DNA of 64,000 nt, taken from contig MU005961.1 of the NCBI GenBank assembly GCA_010093745.1, positions 248,001-312,000 on the forward strand, written 5' to 3'. The translations under genes and the position numbers were made by a program. Of the stretch, positions 10,673-21,546 are shown piece by piece. Position 1 is the first letter of the stretch; every line of letters starts with the position of its first letter. The stretch comes from Piedraia hortae CBS 480.64 (Eukaryota). Below the pieces are notes generated by a model that worked only from the letters and a program-made list of their open reading frames with translations, was not told the origin of the DNA and searched no databases.

Positions 10673-12247
10673 ATGAATGTTCAGGTCCAGCGTGACCGGC
10701 AGGCCTGCGGCACTCGCAATGGAATCGTGTGGCAGTACCTTGACCATCATACTGAACTACCTCCAGTCGCAGGCACTTTGGCTGCTACAGTTCCAGAGCG
10801 GCCAAATTTCAAAAAGTGCATGTCACCGTTTCTGTGGCCTCAGAGCCGCAAGCGTATGACTACTTCACTCGCTACCCTGGTCACTCTACTTTCCGGCCTT
10901 GTTCCAGGGTCATACGCTGCTGGCGAGGATCAGATGGCTCAAGAATGGCGCGTGTCTTTCGTTGAGTTGAACTGGGGCATCGCCGTCTTCACATGGGGCT
11001 TTGCCATAGCTCCCATGGTGCTCGCACCGCTGTCGGAAATATATGGGCGAAGGCCGTTGTTTATGACGACGGGAATTCTTTTTCTTATATTCCAAATGTT
11101 GTGCGCAGTTACACCTACTTATGCCGGAATGATCGTTGTACGCTTTCTAGTTGGTTGTACCGGAAGCACCTTTAGCACCGTGGTCGGCGGCGTCGTAAGT
11201 GATGTTTATCACGCGAAAGATCGAAACACGCCAATGGCCCTATTCACCGGCGCCGGCATATTTGCCGGCGGAGTCGGGCCTGTTGTCGGTGGGGTCATCG
11301 CCCAGTATACTACGTGGCGCTGGATCTTTGGGATTCAGGTCATTCTTGGAGTCATCGTCATCACCATTATCATCCTCGCTTTTCCCGAGACACGCGGCTC
11401 CGTCTTGCTCTCTCGCAAAGCCAAGGCTCTCAATAAATGGTATGATCAGCTTGAGAGTGCGGGATGCTACGGTGTGGTTATCGATGGTCATTCGCAGCGT
11501 GTGCGATGGAAGGTCAAAGCAGACGAAGAACGGCAAAGTATAGACAACATCGTCCGCATCAGCCTTTGTCGACCATTTTGCTTGCTCGCCACTGAGCCCG
11601 TTGTCTTCTTTTTCAGCTTATGGATCAGCTTCTCGTGGGCTGTTCTTTACCTGCTCTTTTCCGCAATACCCCTCGTCTTTCAAACCAACCACAAGTTCAA
11701 CCAGACCCAAGCCTATGGCGTTTTCGCTGCTCTATCGATAGCATCCGCCATGAGTACAGTCATCAGCATCTACCAGGAACGGTTCGCCGAGCGATTTGTT
11801 TGTGGTAAGCGAAGGCGTCAGCTCAAAACACCTGAAGGGCGGCTGTACTTTTCCTGTGTTCAATCAATCCTATTGCCCATCGGCTGCTTCTGGTTTGGCT
11901 GGACAAGCTTTGAGTCGATACACTGGATATGGCCTACTCTCGCTGTAGGGTGTACAACCATGGGTATCTTCAGCATATATCTTGCTGTCTTTAATTACCT
12001 TGCAGATACCTACCACAGATACGCGAGCTCAGCTCTGGCGGGGCAGAGCTTCTGCCGTAACATGATTGGTGGAGCTTTCCCCCTTTTTACATGCCAGATG
12101 TTCGAAACCCTGTCGTACCAGGGTGCCGGGAGTCTTTTGGGGGGGCTCGCAGCTGTACTAACTGTAGTGCCGTGGGTACTGGTCTTCTACGGCCCGCGCA
12201 TAAGGGCCAGGAGCAAGCTTGCCAGTGAAGTGGTTTGCGAAAAATGA
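10673..12247 (+). CDS. MFS transporter, drug:H+ antiporter-1 (DHA1) family
   Basis: LAPLSEIYGRRP (motif A), WRWIF, FPETRGSVLL, PEGRL, YLADTYHRYASSALA; about 12 hydrophobic segments; intronless. Confidence 0.92.
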   Translation: MNVQVQRDRQACGTRNGIVWQYLDHHTELPPVAGTLAATVPERPNFKKCMSPFLWPQSRKRMTTSLATLVTLLSGLVPGSYAAGEDQMAQEWRVSFVELNWGIAVFTWGFAIAPMVLAPLSEIYGRRPLFMTTGILFLIFQMLCAVTPTYAGMIVVRFLVGCTGSTFSTVVGGVVSDVYHAKDRNTPMALFTGAGIFAGGVGPVVGGVIAQYTTWRWIFGIQVILGVIVITIIILAFPETRGSVLLSRKAKALNKWYDQLESAGCYGVVIDGHSQRVRWKVKADEERQSIDNIVRISLCRPFCLLATEPVVFFFSLWISFSWAVLYLLFSAIPLVFQTNHKFNQTQAYGVFAALSIASAMSTVISIYQERFAERFVCGKRRRQLKTPEGRLYFSCVQSILLPIGCFWFGWTSFESIHWIWPTLAVGCTTMGIFSIYLAVFNYLADTYHRYASSALAGQSFCRNMIGGAFPLFTCQMFETLSYQGAGSLLGGLAAVLTVVPWVLVFYGPRIRARSKLASEVVCEK

Positions 12248-15200
12248 TATTTCTTTCCGCATATCCCATCCGACTTTATAAAATCCACAAAAGACCACTT
12301 CACTGTACAATTAAGCCATTCTTTCACTCCCTTTAACGCTCGATTCAGGCGCTTACTTCCGGGGCCTCCTCCTCGTCTACTTAAAGCGCTATGTGGTCAA
12401 TTAGCCGTCATCTCACTCTCATTGTGCAGCAAGTTACTGCTTGCAAAGTCATGTGCAATCTCTCTACTCGTAAGGTCTCTGAAGAAAGGAGTTTCCGCAA
12501 ACGGAAACGAGTTCAAGAGTCGTCGATGCCAAACCATGGGCGCAGTGAGAGTTTCGAAGAAAGGATTTTTCACAGGTTTTCCCTTTAACAGGTACTCCTC
12601 TGGGCATCTTGACGACACAATAGGGCCATGCCCGGCAGGGTGCGCAGCGTGATGGGTAAAAATTCTTGATTCCCCCCGAATAGTAGATGCTAATCAATTG
12701 TTAGCTCAAATTTCGTTATCTGTGTCTGTCTCGCCCTTTCACCCGGGATCAGAAATGTGTTTGCGATCGTGATCAACCTCAACTGTTTGCACTCGAAGAT
12801 GCAGATCTCTGCGATATACGTACCTTACTGCGGAAGTGGGTGTCTTTAAAGTTAGAATGAGAAAGAATGTTTTACATGGTGGCCAGTTGGTTTATATATG
12901 CAGTCTATGATAGACGTACATGTTTCGCTACATTCATGTTTGTCGGCTCGTCCCCTTCAATGGTGCCTAAGCAGCTAATTTGCGGTTCCTTGCCCGAAAC
13001 AGCCAAGTCGATTTTTAGCCGAGAGTGAACCGCTAATACACCACTAAGCCGGTCGCCAGAAAATACTAGGATGCGTCCAATCGAATTATCGCTTTCTAAT
13101 GTCGATTCAGCAGTTTTCCGGTATGAGCCGATAAGAGTTCGCTTTTTTCACGATGAATAAACAGATCCAGGACTCTTTTGTGCGGAAAGCGAACGCTGGT
13201 TTAGTAAAAAGGTGACACTCAGATCAACTCAGCGGGAACGAGACTGAGATATCTTCCTATAATGATGTCTTGTTACGATAAATTTTTTCTCGCCAACTTG
13301 ACGCATTAGCGGCATGGGCCATTCCGCCTACCAACTCCAACCAACCCTATAACATGGTTCGCTATATACCTATCACAAAAACAGTCTAAAGGAAATATAC
13401 CGATCACACCTTCACAACGATAAGGCAGTCGCGAAAAATCATCAGCTCGCCTGAGTCACACTTGAAAATCCGAAATGATGTTTCACTAGTGATAGTGGAA
13501 TAGGTGGCATATGTATCGTCAGACCCTGCCTGAGGTAGATAGGCTCTAGACTCCCTCAGGGTTTTACCTCGACGTGGACATTTCACCTGGGATGAGGTCA
13601 TGTCACATGCAGTGGGCTCGGCGAATGCGTTGCGGGTCGTCTCGGAGTGTGGAGTAGCCTTGGCGCACACGCAAGTAAAATTTTTCTCCCTTCTGATAAC
13701 ATAGTTATGAGAGCGAATTTTTACTTCCTTTACATATTATACTACAATGGACTCCGTCCCGTGGGTAGCACGATGTCGTGTGCTGGAGTCAAGCATCGCT
13801 GCTGGGGCGCATACGGCGCAGCACCTCAGCGACACCACCTAAACCAGTTGTTGCGCCTTTGGTTTGTCCCCAATGTCGTTGCAAATACGACTTAACGATC
13901 TGTATCCCCGAGACAATTTGCAAATTGATAACTACCGAAATACTCCTTTGGTGGTTTATGCGCGATTGCCGGTGATTGCATCCTCCTACCCAAAAGTCCT
14001 GGGCTGCTCAAAATCGTATCTCCTTCCTATGTTCTTTCCTCCTGCTGTGATATCATTGCACATGGAGACATATCTCTCGACAATGCCCCTAGAAGGAAAT
14101 TGATGGGGAAAAAATCTTGGCTCGGTGACTTATGTGGATGATAAATATTGCGCGTTCTACAAGGGTCTCCGGTGGCATGCGTGGTACGTACACATGGGAC
14201 CATGCAGTCAGCTACAGATATCCACGCCCCTGCAGGGGTGCATGCAGTTGCGATCCTTCGCGTACATGCCTGATTGGACAGCCAAGCCCCTTGTGATTTC
14301 CTTTGTTAACGAACGTTTCCGAGCCGATTTACCCTATTCTTTTCCTGCGCAGCACTCTTACGATAGTGTCACCGTTCTGATTGCAGTGCGTGTGGTCGGT
14401 GCCATTTGATGGCTTGCTCAAAACGCAACCGTGTCCCTCTCCGTCAAAGCGCAGAAAAGTAGCTCAACGACGCTCGCCATCCTGCTCGCCTCTCAATAAC
14501 CACCAGCGCACTTCACGCCGTCTGTGCTGTATGGTGAACCAACTGTGGTGTGCACGGGGCCAATGACCCCAACTCAAGTTGATTGTCTTAGTGGACGGCA
14601 GAGCAGGTTATTGAGACATGGAAAAACAAACGTGCCGCGCTCCTAGATCGCAGGATAGCCTAATAAATGGCTGCTATATGTGGGAATTGTTCAGCTCCTC
14701 GATGCACAACACACACACATACACACGGCACTGTTGAAATTGTTGTCGCCTGAGCCAATCATGCATTCGCAAACCCCATTGGCGTAGAAAGTGTGAAATT
14801 AAGACCACAGATATATGCCACCAGATTTGTAGACCCATTTACCGAATTTGAGTGATTGCCATCAATATCAGCATTCTGGCAATTGATGTTATCCCTCGGC
14901 AATCTGATTAGAATTTTCATCAGTGCTACATATCAGTAAGATCACAGATTGATCGACACGTACCTGTAGCGGGACCATCTCATATACGCTGACCGCATTA
15001 TTCATGAGGAGAAAATACAGTGAAGCGAGATAGAGAGCTGGTATGAAGTGCAAAGAGCTTTGAATCTATGTGTCTACTACGTGACCTGTACCACGGAGTG
15101 TGGTGGTGACGTTATCATCCAACGGAGATATTCGAAAGGACAAAGTCTAGAATTTGAGCTGTGGCGCATTGTGGCTGCTACATGTAGCAGCGGTTATAAG

Positions 15201-15531
15201 TTCTACGTCCGTAGAAGAAAACGCCGTTGTCGGTGCCATGTACATAAGGTATGGTCATTCGGTAGGCTAAAGGCGATCCCGTCGAAGTTGGGGGCCAAGG
15301 GATGTAGCGTGTGGCATTGCAATCCTACCAACCATGACACTCCGTGGGTGAATCAGTCGTGGATGGTGCGCTCCTGATACGCCCATATGCCACAATCTTT
15401 CCTGTTTGCTCCATGGTTGCACCCGGTATAACGACAGGCTGCTGCCCCACGCGACTCCCACTGTCAATGGGGCGATGTCGTGAGGAAATATAGCGATCAG
15501 CCTGCTCTCCCAACCCTAAAAAGCCGCAAAA

Positions 15532-17078
15532 ATGTCTGCCTCAATGCCAGCAGAAACGAACGGACCGCCAGGTGAAAGACAATCGCTTCATATCATTCAG
15601 GAGAAGCATGGAGAGAAGGATGTTGAGATTGCAACAGTGATGCTCGACAGTGAGGAAGACCTTTCAACTGAGCCCGAAGGGCCCAAGTTCCCTTCTTGAT
15701 GGCGGCCATACGTTTGTCTCTTGGGGGGCTTTCTTCTGATGTTCAACAGTTGGGGCTTGGTAAATGTAAGACCATTCGCCTGTCTTGCAGTGCACGCTAA
15801 TGTCCATAAGGCATGTGGCACGTATGCATCGTTTTACATGCAGACACTTCTTCCCAAAACTGACGTATTGTTGTTCAATCTCGTTGGTTCCACGCAGTCG
15901 GCTCTCGTCTTGCTTCTTTCGGCACCGGTCGGCCGCTTCCTCGATGCCAATCACAGCTTTCATCTCATTCTGATTGGTTCCATATTCGTTGTCGTGGGCT
16001 CGTTTGTGCTGAGCACCGTGAATGGGGCCGCCAAATATGGCCAGGGCACTTATATTCTGGTCTGGCTTTGCCAAGGATTCATCACCGGACTGGGCATGGC
16101 CTGCTTTTTCGTCACATCATCTCAAGGTTGTATTTGCCGTTATGTGACACGTCTCGAACTGACAGTTTAGTTGTTGCAACTTGGTTTAAGAGAAAACGAG
16201 GTCTCGCAATCGGCATCGTGGCGTCGGGAGCCAGCATTGCAGGCCTTGTTTATCCCATGATGAACCGGATGCTGACCGAAAAGGTGGGGTTCAACAATGC
16301 ACAGAGGTATGTGTCAACCGTGACGGCGTGCACTTGTTTGATGGCCTTGTTTGCGGCGCGACCATCCCCAGATCACCCATGGCGTATCGATGTAAGGTGG
16401 AGCAAGTTTCGGACCTACTTTGATCCAACTGCATATGGCAACGCCTCATACAATTGGTTTACGGTAGGAGTGTGCTGGCTCTTCTTCGGTTTTTATGTCG
16501 TATTCTTCAACCTCGAAGAATGGGCTGTTGCAACCGGTGTAGGCTCCCGCGGTGTTGCCACACCTACCACCAAGACTCTTAGCGGTGCCCTCCAGACCTA
16601 TCTCCTTCTCAGCATCATGAATGTATGCTCAACATTTGGTCGACTAGGCTCTGCGTATCTAGGAGACAAGTTTGGTGCTCTGCGAGTGCACGCTTGCGTT
16701 ACCTTCATCGCAGCAATGCTCATCCTCACCTGTTGGACGACGGCCAAAACCGTTTCGGCCGCCATGGGATTCGTGGTCGTGTTTGGGATATTCTCTGGAG
16801 CCGTAATCGGCCTCCCTCCTGCTTCGGTGGCACACATTCTGGGCCCGGATCACATTAATAAACTCGGGCAGTGGACGGGCATTCTGTATTCAAGCAGTGC
16901 CATCTTCGCCCTCACGGGACCGGTCATCGCAGGCCACCTGATCACCGCGTACAATAGGAATTTCCTCACCGTTCAGCTCTGGAGCGGTTTCTGTCTGCTC
17001 TTTAGTTCAGGCTGCATGGCCATGAGCATTCTGAAGCTGAAAACATCGCATCAGTACATGGATGAAGTTGATAAGTAG
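15532..17078 (+). pseudogene. MFS monocarboxylate-porter (Mch-like) gene with an in-frame TGA at 15697-15699; introns 15766-15810 and 16127-16170
   Basis: Frame from ATG 15532 reads ...EGPKFPS*WRPYVCLLGGFLLMFNSWGLVN, then VATWFKRKRGLAIGIVASGASIAG and a full set of TM helices to stop 17078. Could be a pseudogene, a null allele or a base-call error. Confidence 0.7.
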
Positions 17079-17333
17079 AGCTTGTGCAGGCAAATACCTA
17101 GGCGAGGGGCGTTGTGGCGAATGGCGTCGAGGTGCAGAAAAACGCCGTGTGAGTGAAATGTTGCGCAAAAGTTGCTACGCAAACTCGATACGCTCTATTA
17201 TGACTTCACTTTCTGTCTCCAATTATTTGGAGTGCCATGGGTTAGCATGTGCCATCGTCCAGGTCTCGCTATGAACCCAATATTGCAGCTAGCAGTACAT
17301 ATAATTTGTTATTGACATCCTCTGCGTGAACTG

Positions 17334-17419
17334 GCCTCTATAGCTCAGTTGGTAGAGCGCGGCACTAGTATTACTTGCGTGCGATGCCGAGGTCTACGGT
17401 TCGAATCCGTATGGAGGCA
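17334..17419 (+). tRNA. tRNA-Thr(AGT) with 13-nt intron (17371-17383)
   Basis: Acceptor GCCTCTA/TGGAGGC, D arm GCTCAGTTGGTAGAGC, anticodon arm CGGCA-CT-AGT-A[intron]A-TGCCG, T loop GGTTCGAATCC, followed by an oligo-T Pol III terminator. Confidence 0.95.
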
Positions 17420-17617
17420 TTCTTCTTTTTTGCCAATTGTTTAGTAGTGGAATGCTGTCACCGGAATTTTTTCGGTCTGCATTGCATCAGGCATCATCAT
17501 AAGGATCGACATCACAGTAGCTTCGTATATCAAAGTTTTGCTCAATTAATTTAATTCGTAAATAATCTACACACCATGACATCGTCGAACAGGAATATGA
17601 GCGGAAAGGAGTACCAT

Positions 17618-19327
17618 CTAGTTTGAAGAGGAACCTTTGGCATCACTATCATTCCCAGCTCCTGAGCTTCCTGCCTCCATGGTGGTATTGTTGCCTTTAT
17701 CGTTGTTATCGGCACGCACACCGGCGGGAATGGCAAGGGGACCATCGTCATCAGCATCTAGCTGGTAAAGATATGTTTCCCAAAGTTCGATGATCTGAGA
17801 TTGACTTGTTAGCCACATGGTGGAGACATTGGGAAGTATCTCGTACCTCTTTCTGGGCTTCAACGGCACCTTCGAGAAAAGTCTCAACACCCGACTTGAA
17901 ATCCTCGACCTTCTCTCGTTCGAACCGGCCGAGTTCGTTACGCATGAGACGTCCCATGTCTTCGAATAGAAGTCTGCTGGCATGAACCCTTCGCTCGGCG
18001 TCTGCGACATCCGCTTGAATTTGTGTTATCCGGTCTTGTTGGCTACGACCGGCTCGGAGCAGCTTGTCTTGTTGCTTCTTCGTTTCTTGGAGCTTGCTTT
18101 CAGCAGAATGCCATGCGTGAAAGGCCTTTTGGCGTTGTTCAAACGCCTTTTTCACGGAGCCCACAAGGCGGATATACTCATCAATGACGATACCAATGGT
18201 GAGCATATCTTGAAGGGCCTGACGCTGATAAAGCTCCTGGATGCGCAGCTGAAGACTCCCAAGGGAGTCGAGTGGTCCAGACAGCGCAGGCGACAGCTCA
18301 ACAGTGGCAAGATTGTGCAGCGAGGAGGAGAAGTCGCCGCATGCGTCTGCAAGCGCCCGCCGCTGGGCCATGACAGTGTCTGTACTCTTCTGCAACGCCT
18401 TGAGTTGGTTTTCCAGCGCGTCAAGGTAGATCCGTCGGTCATGAAACCAATCATCGTGCTCTATAAACTTGCCGCCACTGCTGCTACCCGAAGATATGCC
18501 AATGCTGCTCATGAAGCCTTTGCTTTCGGGCGCAAGAAGGTTCTCTTTCCTCTCCTTGTGCTTGATGTCCATATTGAACGCCTCACTTTCCAAAAACGTC
18601 TTCAGATCACCATCCACCTGTAGCGTAGGATGCGCGGCAATTTTGTTAACCATGCGCTCTAAAGCCATCCGCCTGCTTTCGATGAAATTTGAGTCAAATC
18701 GCCCCACGGCCTGTTTCTCGGGTGGCGGTGGTATGATTACACCGGGATTATTGTCATGTAGTCGCTCATACAGCCAGAGGAAGTCCCGATATCTCCGGCT
18801 GACGGTGAAGCTGTTTTGCAAGTAAGCTTTGGATGTAGTGCGTGTCATGACCGAGTAGACTGTATGCGAGCTGGCGGCGCCGCCAACCGTATGTGGGTCC
18901 CCCACGGTGATATGAAACGTTGGCTTGGCTGCCTGCTCCAGTGGCTGGGACGGTGGAGGACGTTCGGGGAGAGATACCGGACCCTCTACAACGGTAGGTT
19001 TGGGTTCTTTGACTGGCGGAGCTGGCGCAGACGGTTCCGCTACCGGCTCGACCCCCAGCGGACCCAGCGGCCCCATGGAATCGTCGTCGAGCGATTCCAG
19101 CACAGTAGACTGTGCAGCTGTGCCATGTCGACGTACTGGCCGAGACTTTACTCTTGTGCGAGGCGTAGAAGTGGTTGGTTTTGACTGCTCTTCTTCTTTA
19201 TGAGCTTCTTCATCTTGGTTGGTGCGGATTGTGTTGGCCGGTGAGCGCGAGGGAACATCTTTACGTGGTTAGACACAGCTTCATCGTACAAACAGTACCT
19301 ACCCTCCCACGGTGAGCTGCCTTCCAT
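17618..19327 (-). CDS. VPS5: Retromer sorting nexin Vps5 (PX + BAR); introns 19259-19302 and 17795-17846
   Basis: PX domain (TFHITVGDPH, VSRRYRDFLWL, PPPPEKQAVGRF), BAR domain ending FLEGAVEAQKE|IIELWETY; start MEGSSPWE-DVP rebuilt by splicing. Confidence 0.93.
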
Positions 19328-19551
19328 TGTGTCTGGTCGCCGCCTACTGCCAAAATATGAAGTCGGATTTCTCCGCTTGTCACATATCACATGACGCACA
19401 ACCTCGCGGGAATCACGCACACATGCACATAGTAATTCAAATGTTGAACAGATTATTATCCGATACGCTGGGTATCACAATGGCTGAGCCCGGGCCTCTA
19501 CCATGCAGCGCGTCAAAAACAGAAAAGTAAAAGAGCGATGACGGCGTGTCT

Positions 19552-20805
19552 CTAAGCCTCGACGTTGGCCGCCTCGGGCTGCTCTTCCGTAGTCGGTTCC
19601 ATTGTCTTGCTGATCCGCTGTCTTCTCTTAGCTGGGGCCACTCTAGGCTTCTTGGGGCCGTTTACCTTGGCCGTAGAAGAATTACGTCGTGGCGGACTTT
19701 TCACCTCAAATTTCTCGTGAACCTTGCTGGCCGATGCTGCCGTTGGCCGCATCATGCGCTCCAAGAAGCTTCCGTCTGAAGTGGCGGGCTTCTTGGATGC
19801 AGTAGCAGCCGGCGGTGGGCCACGAGATATAGATGGACGTGGCGCAGGCTTAGAGACTGCGGGTTTTGTGCGACTTGAAGCGACCGACGTCTTGCCATTG
19901 AAGGCAGACGTCGGGGCGGTCTCATGCTTGGCACGAGAGGCAGCGGTCGGTGCAGTGAGACGAGATGGAAGATCAACGGGTTTAGTAGTCTTCGGCTTAG
20001 TGGTGGGTGAGTGTTTGCCATTGGCGGTCGGAGCACTCTGAGAACGTGCCAGAGACGCTGCTGTGGGTGCCGTAAGTGAAGGGCGGCTAGGCTTTTTAGT
20101 CAGCCCAGGGCCGCCGGCCTTGGCTATACTTGTGTGTTTCGATGCTGGCTTGGCTTTGCCACTGTCTGCCATCTTACCAACCTTTGCGGAAGCCCCTTCT
20201 GCCGCCTTTGTCGAGGCTGCGGGCTTGGACTTATGTGTCTCCTCCGCTGCCGTGGCAGACGGCTTCTCCTCCGGCATGGGGGGAGTAGTCTCGCTTGGTC
20301 GGGGCATCTCTGTGTCCTTGTGCTGGTCGGCTTCTGGCGTTGCATTGCTTTTGTCAGAAATCAATGCCTCCTTGACGCCGTTGCCGTTGACACCTTCCTC
20401 GCTTGGCTGGGTTGGGTTTGCAACTTGCTCGCCCACCGACGACACAGCCGAGGATTCAATGGCCGTCTCCGGCATAGTCTCATTGACGCTCTCCCCTGGA
20501 GGCTCCGTGGTCGAGAGGGGCTTTTTAAGCGGTGCAGAGCCATTGAGATCGCTGCCCTCGCTGAAGCTACCTCGTCGGAGACTGGCGCTTGTCACCTTCT
20601 TCAGGCCGGGCATGTCATCGTCCATGACGGGGACATCGACAGGCACAAAGCTCGCCCTTACCGTCGAATTCGGACGGCTGTTGCTGTGTCCGTCCCCCGG
20701 CGTTGAGCGCCCTCGCACGTCTTGTGTCTGTGCGGCTTCTGAGGACTTGGTCTCAAACATGGACCGGAGGTTCCGAACGGCTGACGCAGAACGCTTTTCG
20801 GACAT
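19552..20805 (-). CDS. Low-complexity S/P/K/A-rich protein with repeated (L/M)xxPTAAS motifs
   Basis: SAVRNLRSMFE and VRASFVPV near the N-terminus, two LTAPTAAS and one MMRPTAAS; a 5'UTR intron (GTGAGT 20858..CAG 20808) supports ATG 20805. Confidence 0.75.
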   Translation of the reverse strand: MSEKRSASAVRNLRSMFETKSSEAAQTQDVRGRSTPGDGHSNSRPNSTVRASFVPVDVPVMDDDMPGLKKVTSASLRRGSFSEGSDLNGSAPLKKPLSTTEPPGESVNETMPETAIESSAVSSVGEQVANPTQPSEEGVNGNGVKEALISDKSNATPEADQHKDTEMPRPSETTPPMPEEKPSATAAEETHKSKPAASTKAAEGASAKVGKMADSGKAKPASKHTSIAKAGGPGLTKKPSRPSLTAPTAASLARSQSAPTANGKHSPTTKPKTTKPVDLPSRLTAPTAASRAKHETAPTSAFNGKTSVASSRTKPAVSKPAPRPSISRGPPPAATASKKPATSDGSFLERMMRPTAASASKVHEKFEVKSPPRRNSSTAKVNGPKKPRVAPAKRRQRISKTMEPTTEEQPEAANVEA

Positions 20806-21194
20806 GGCTGCTTGCATAGTGAGCTGGCGCCACTTCCCGACGGGCTGCAGGAACTCACAAGATGCTGGAGCTTCAGTGATTGGATTCAAAGGGAATTGGT
20901 CATCTCTTTGATGTTCTACTGCGGCAGAAAATGGGCGGGTTTCAGTTGAATTGTTGATCAGACTGTCGTCGGGGGAAAAGGGGCCGCGACTGGGTGACTT
21001 TGACAGCTTTTGATTGGCGTATCACAAGTCGTGCACTGATTACGTGACCGCGTCACGTCACAGTTGACACGTTCCTTACATGCGGGGCAGGCCCCCACTC
21101 GCCCCGCTCAGCTATAAAATGCTCCACCTTTTTTCTTCATCTCCCTCCCATCCTCATTCTCCTATATCTGTCAGCTCCTTACAACGCATTTGAC

Positions 21195-21521
21195 ATGGCA
21201 GGTCTCACCGTTCTTTATCATAAAGGCACTACCCTTGATATGGACCACTACCTCAAGGTCCATATACCACTGGTCGAGAAGCTTTGGGGTCCGTACGGCA
21301 TGGAATCGGCAAAAGTCTACAAAATGGACGACGATGCCGCATTTTGCGCCCAAGCAACTTTGACTTGGGGAAGTCTCGACCAAATCAAGAAGGCGCTGGC
21401 CGCACCGGCGACGAAGGAGATACAAGATGATGTCAAAAAATTTGCCGACAAGGAACCTATCTTCATATTTGGAGAGACCCTAGTATCCACTGGTCAGGAA
21501 GGAGCTAAGAGCAAAATTTAA
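21195..21521 (+). CDS. EthD-family (dimeric alpha+beta barrel) small protein
   Basis: LTVLY...DMDHYLKVHIPLVEKLW...EIQDDVKKFADKEP; TATAAAA about 80 nt upstream. Confidence 0.85.
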   Translation: MAGLTVLYHKGTTLDMDHYLKVHIPLVEKLWGPYGMESAKVYKMDDDAAFCAQATLTWGSLDQIKKALAAPATKEIQDDVKKFADKEPIFIFGETLVSTGQEGAKSKI

Positions 21522-21546
21522 GAATCATCGTATTTGACTTGGCGCA

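Noticed and set aside
13230..13290. CTGAGA as a possible TPP riboswitch core
   Set aside because: The remaining conserved aptamer elements and a thiamine-related host gene are absent.
14708..14726. (AC)n microsatellite
   Set aside because: Short and interrupted; ordinary.
9467..17078. Peroxiredoxin plus two MFS transporters as a secondary-metabolite or detox cluster
   Set aside because: No PKS, NRPS, terpene synthase, tailoring enzyme or pathway transcription factor nearby.
20063..20911. 282-aa plus-strand ORF opposite the PTAAS-repeat gene
   Set aside because: Antisense shadow of a low-complexity GC-rich CDS.
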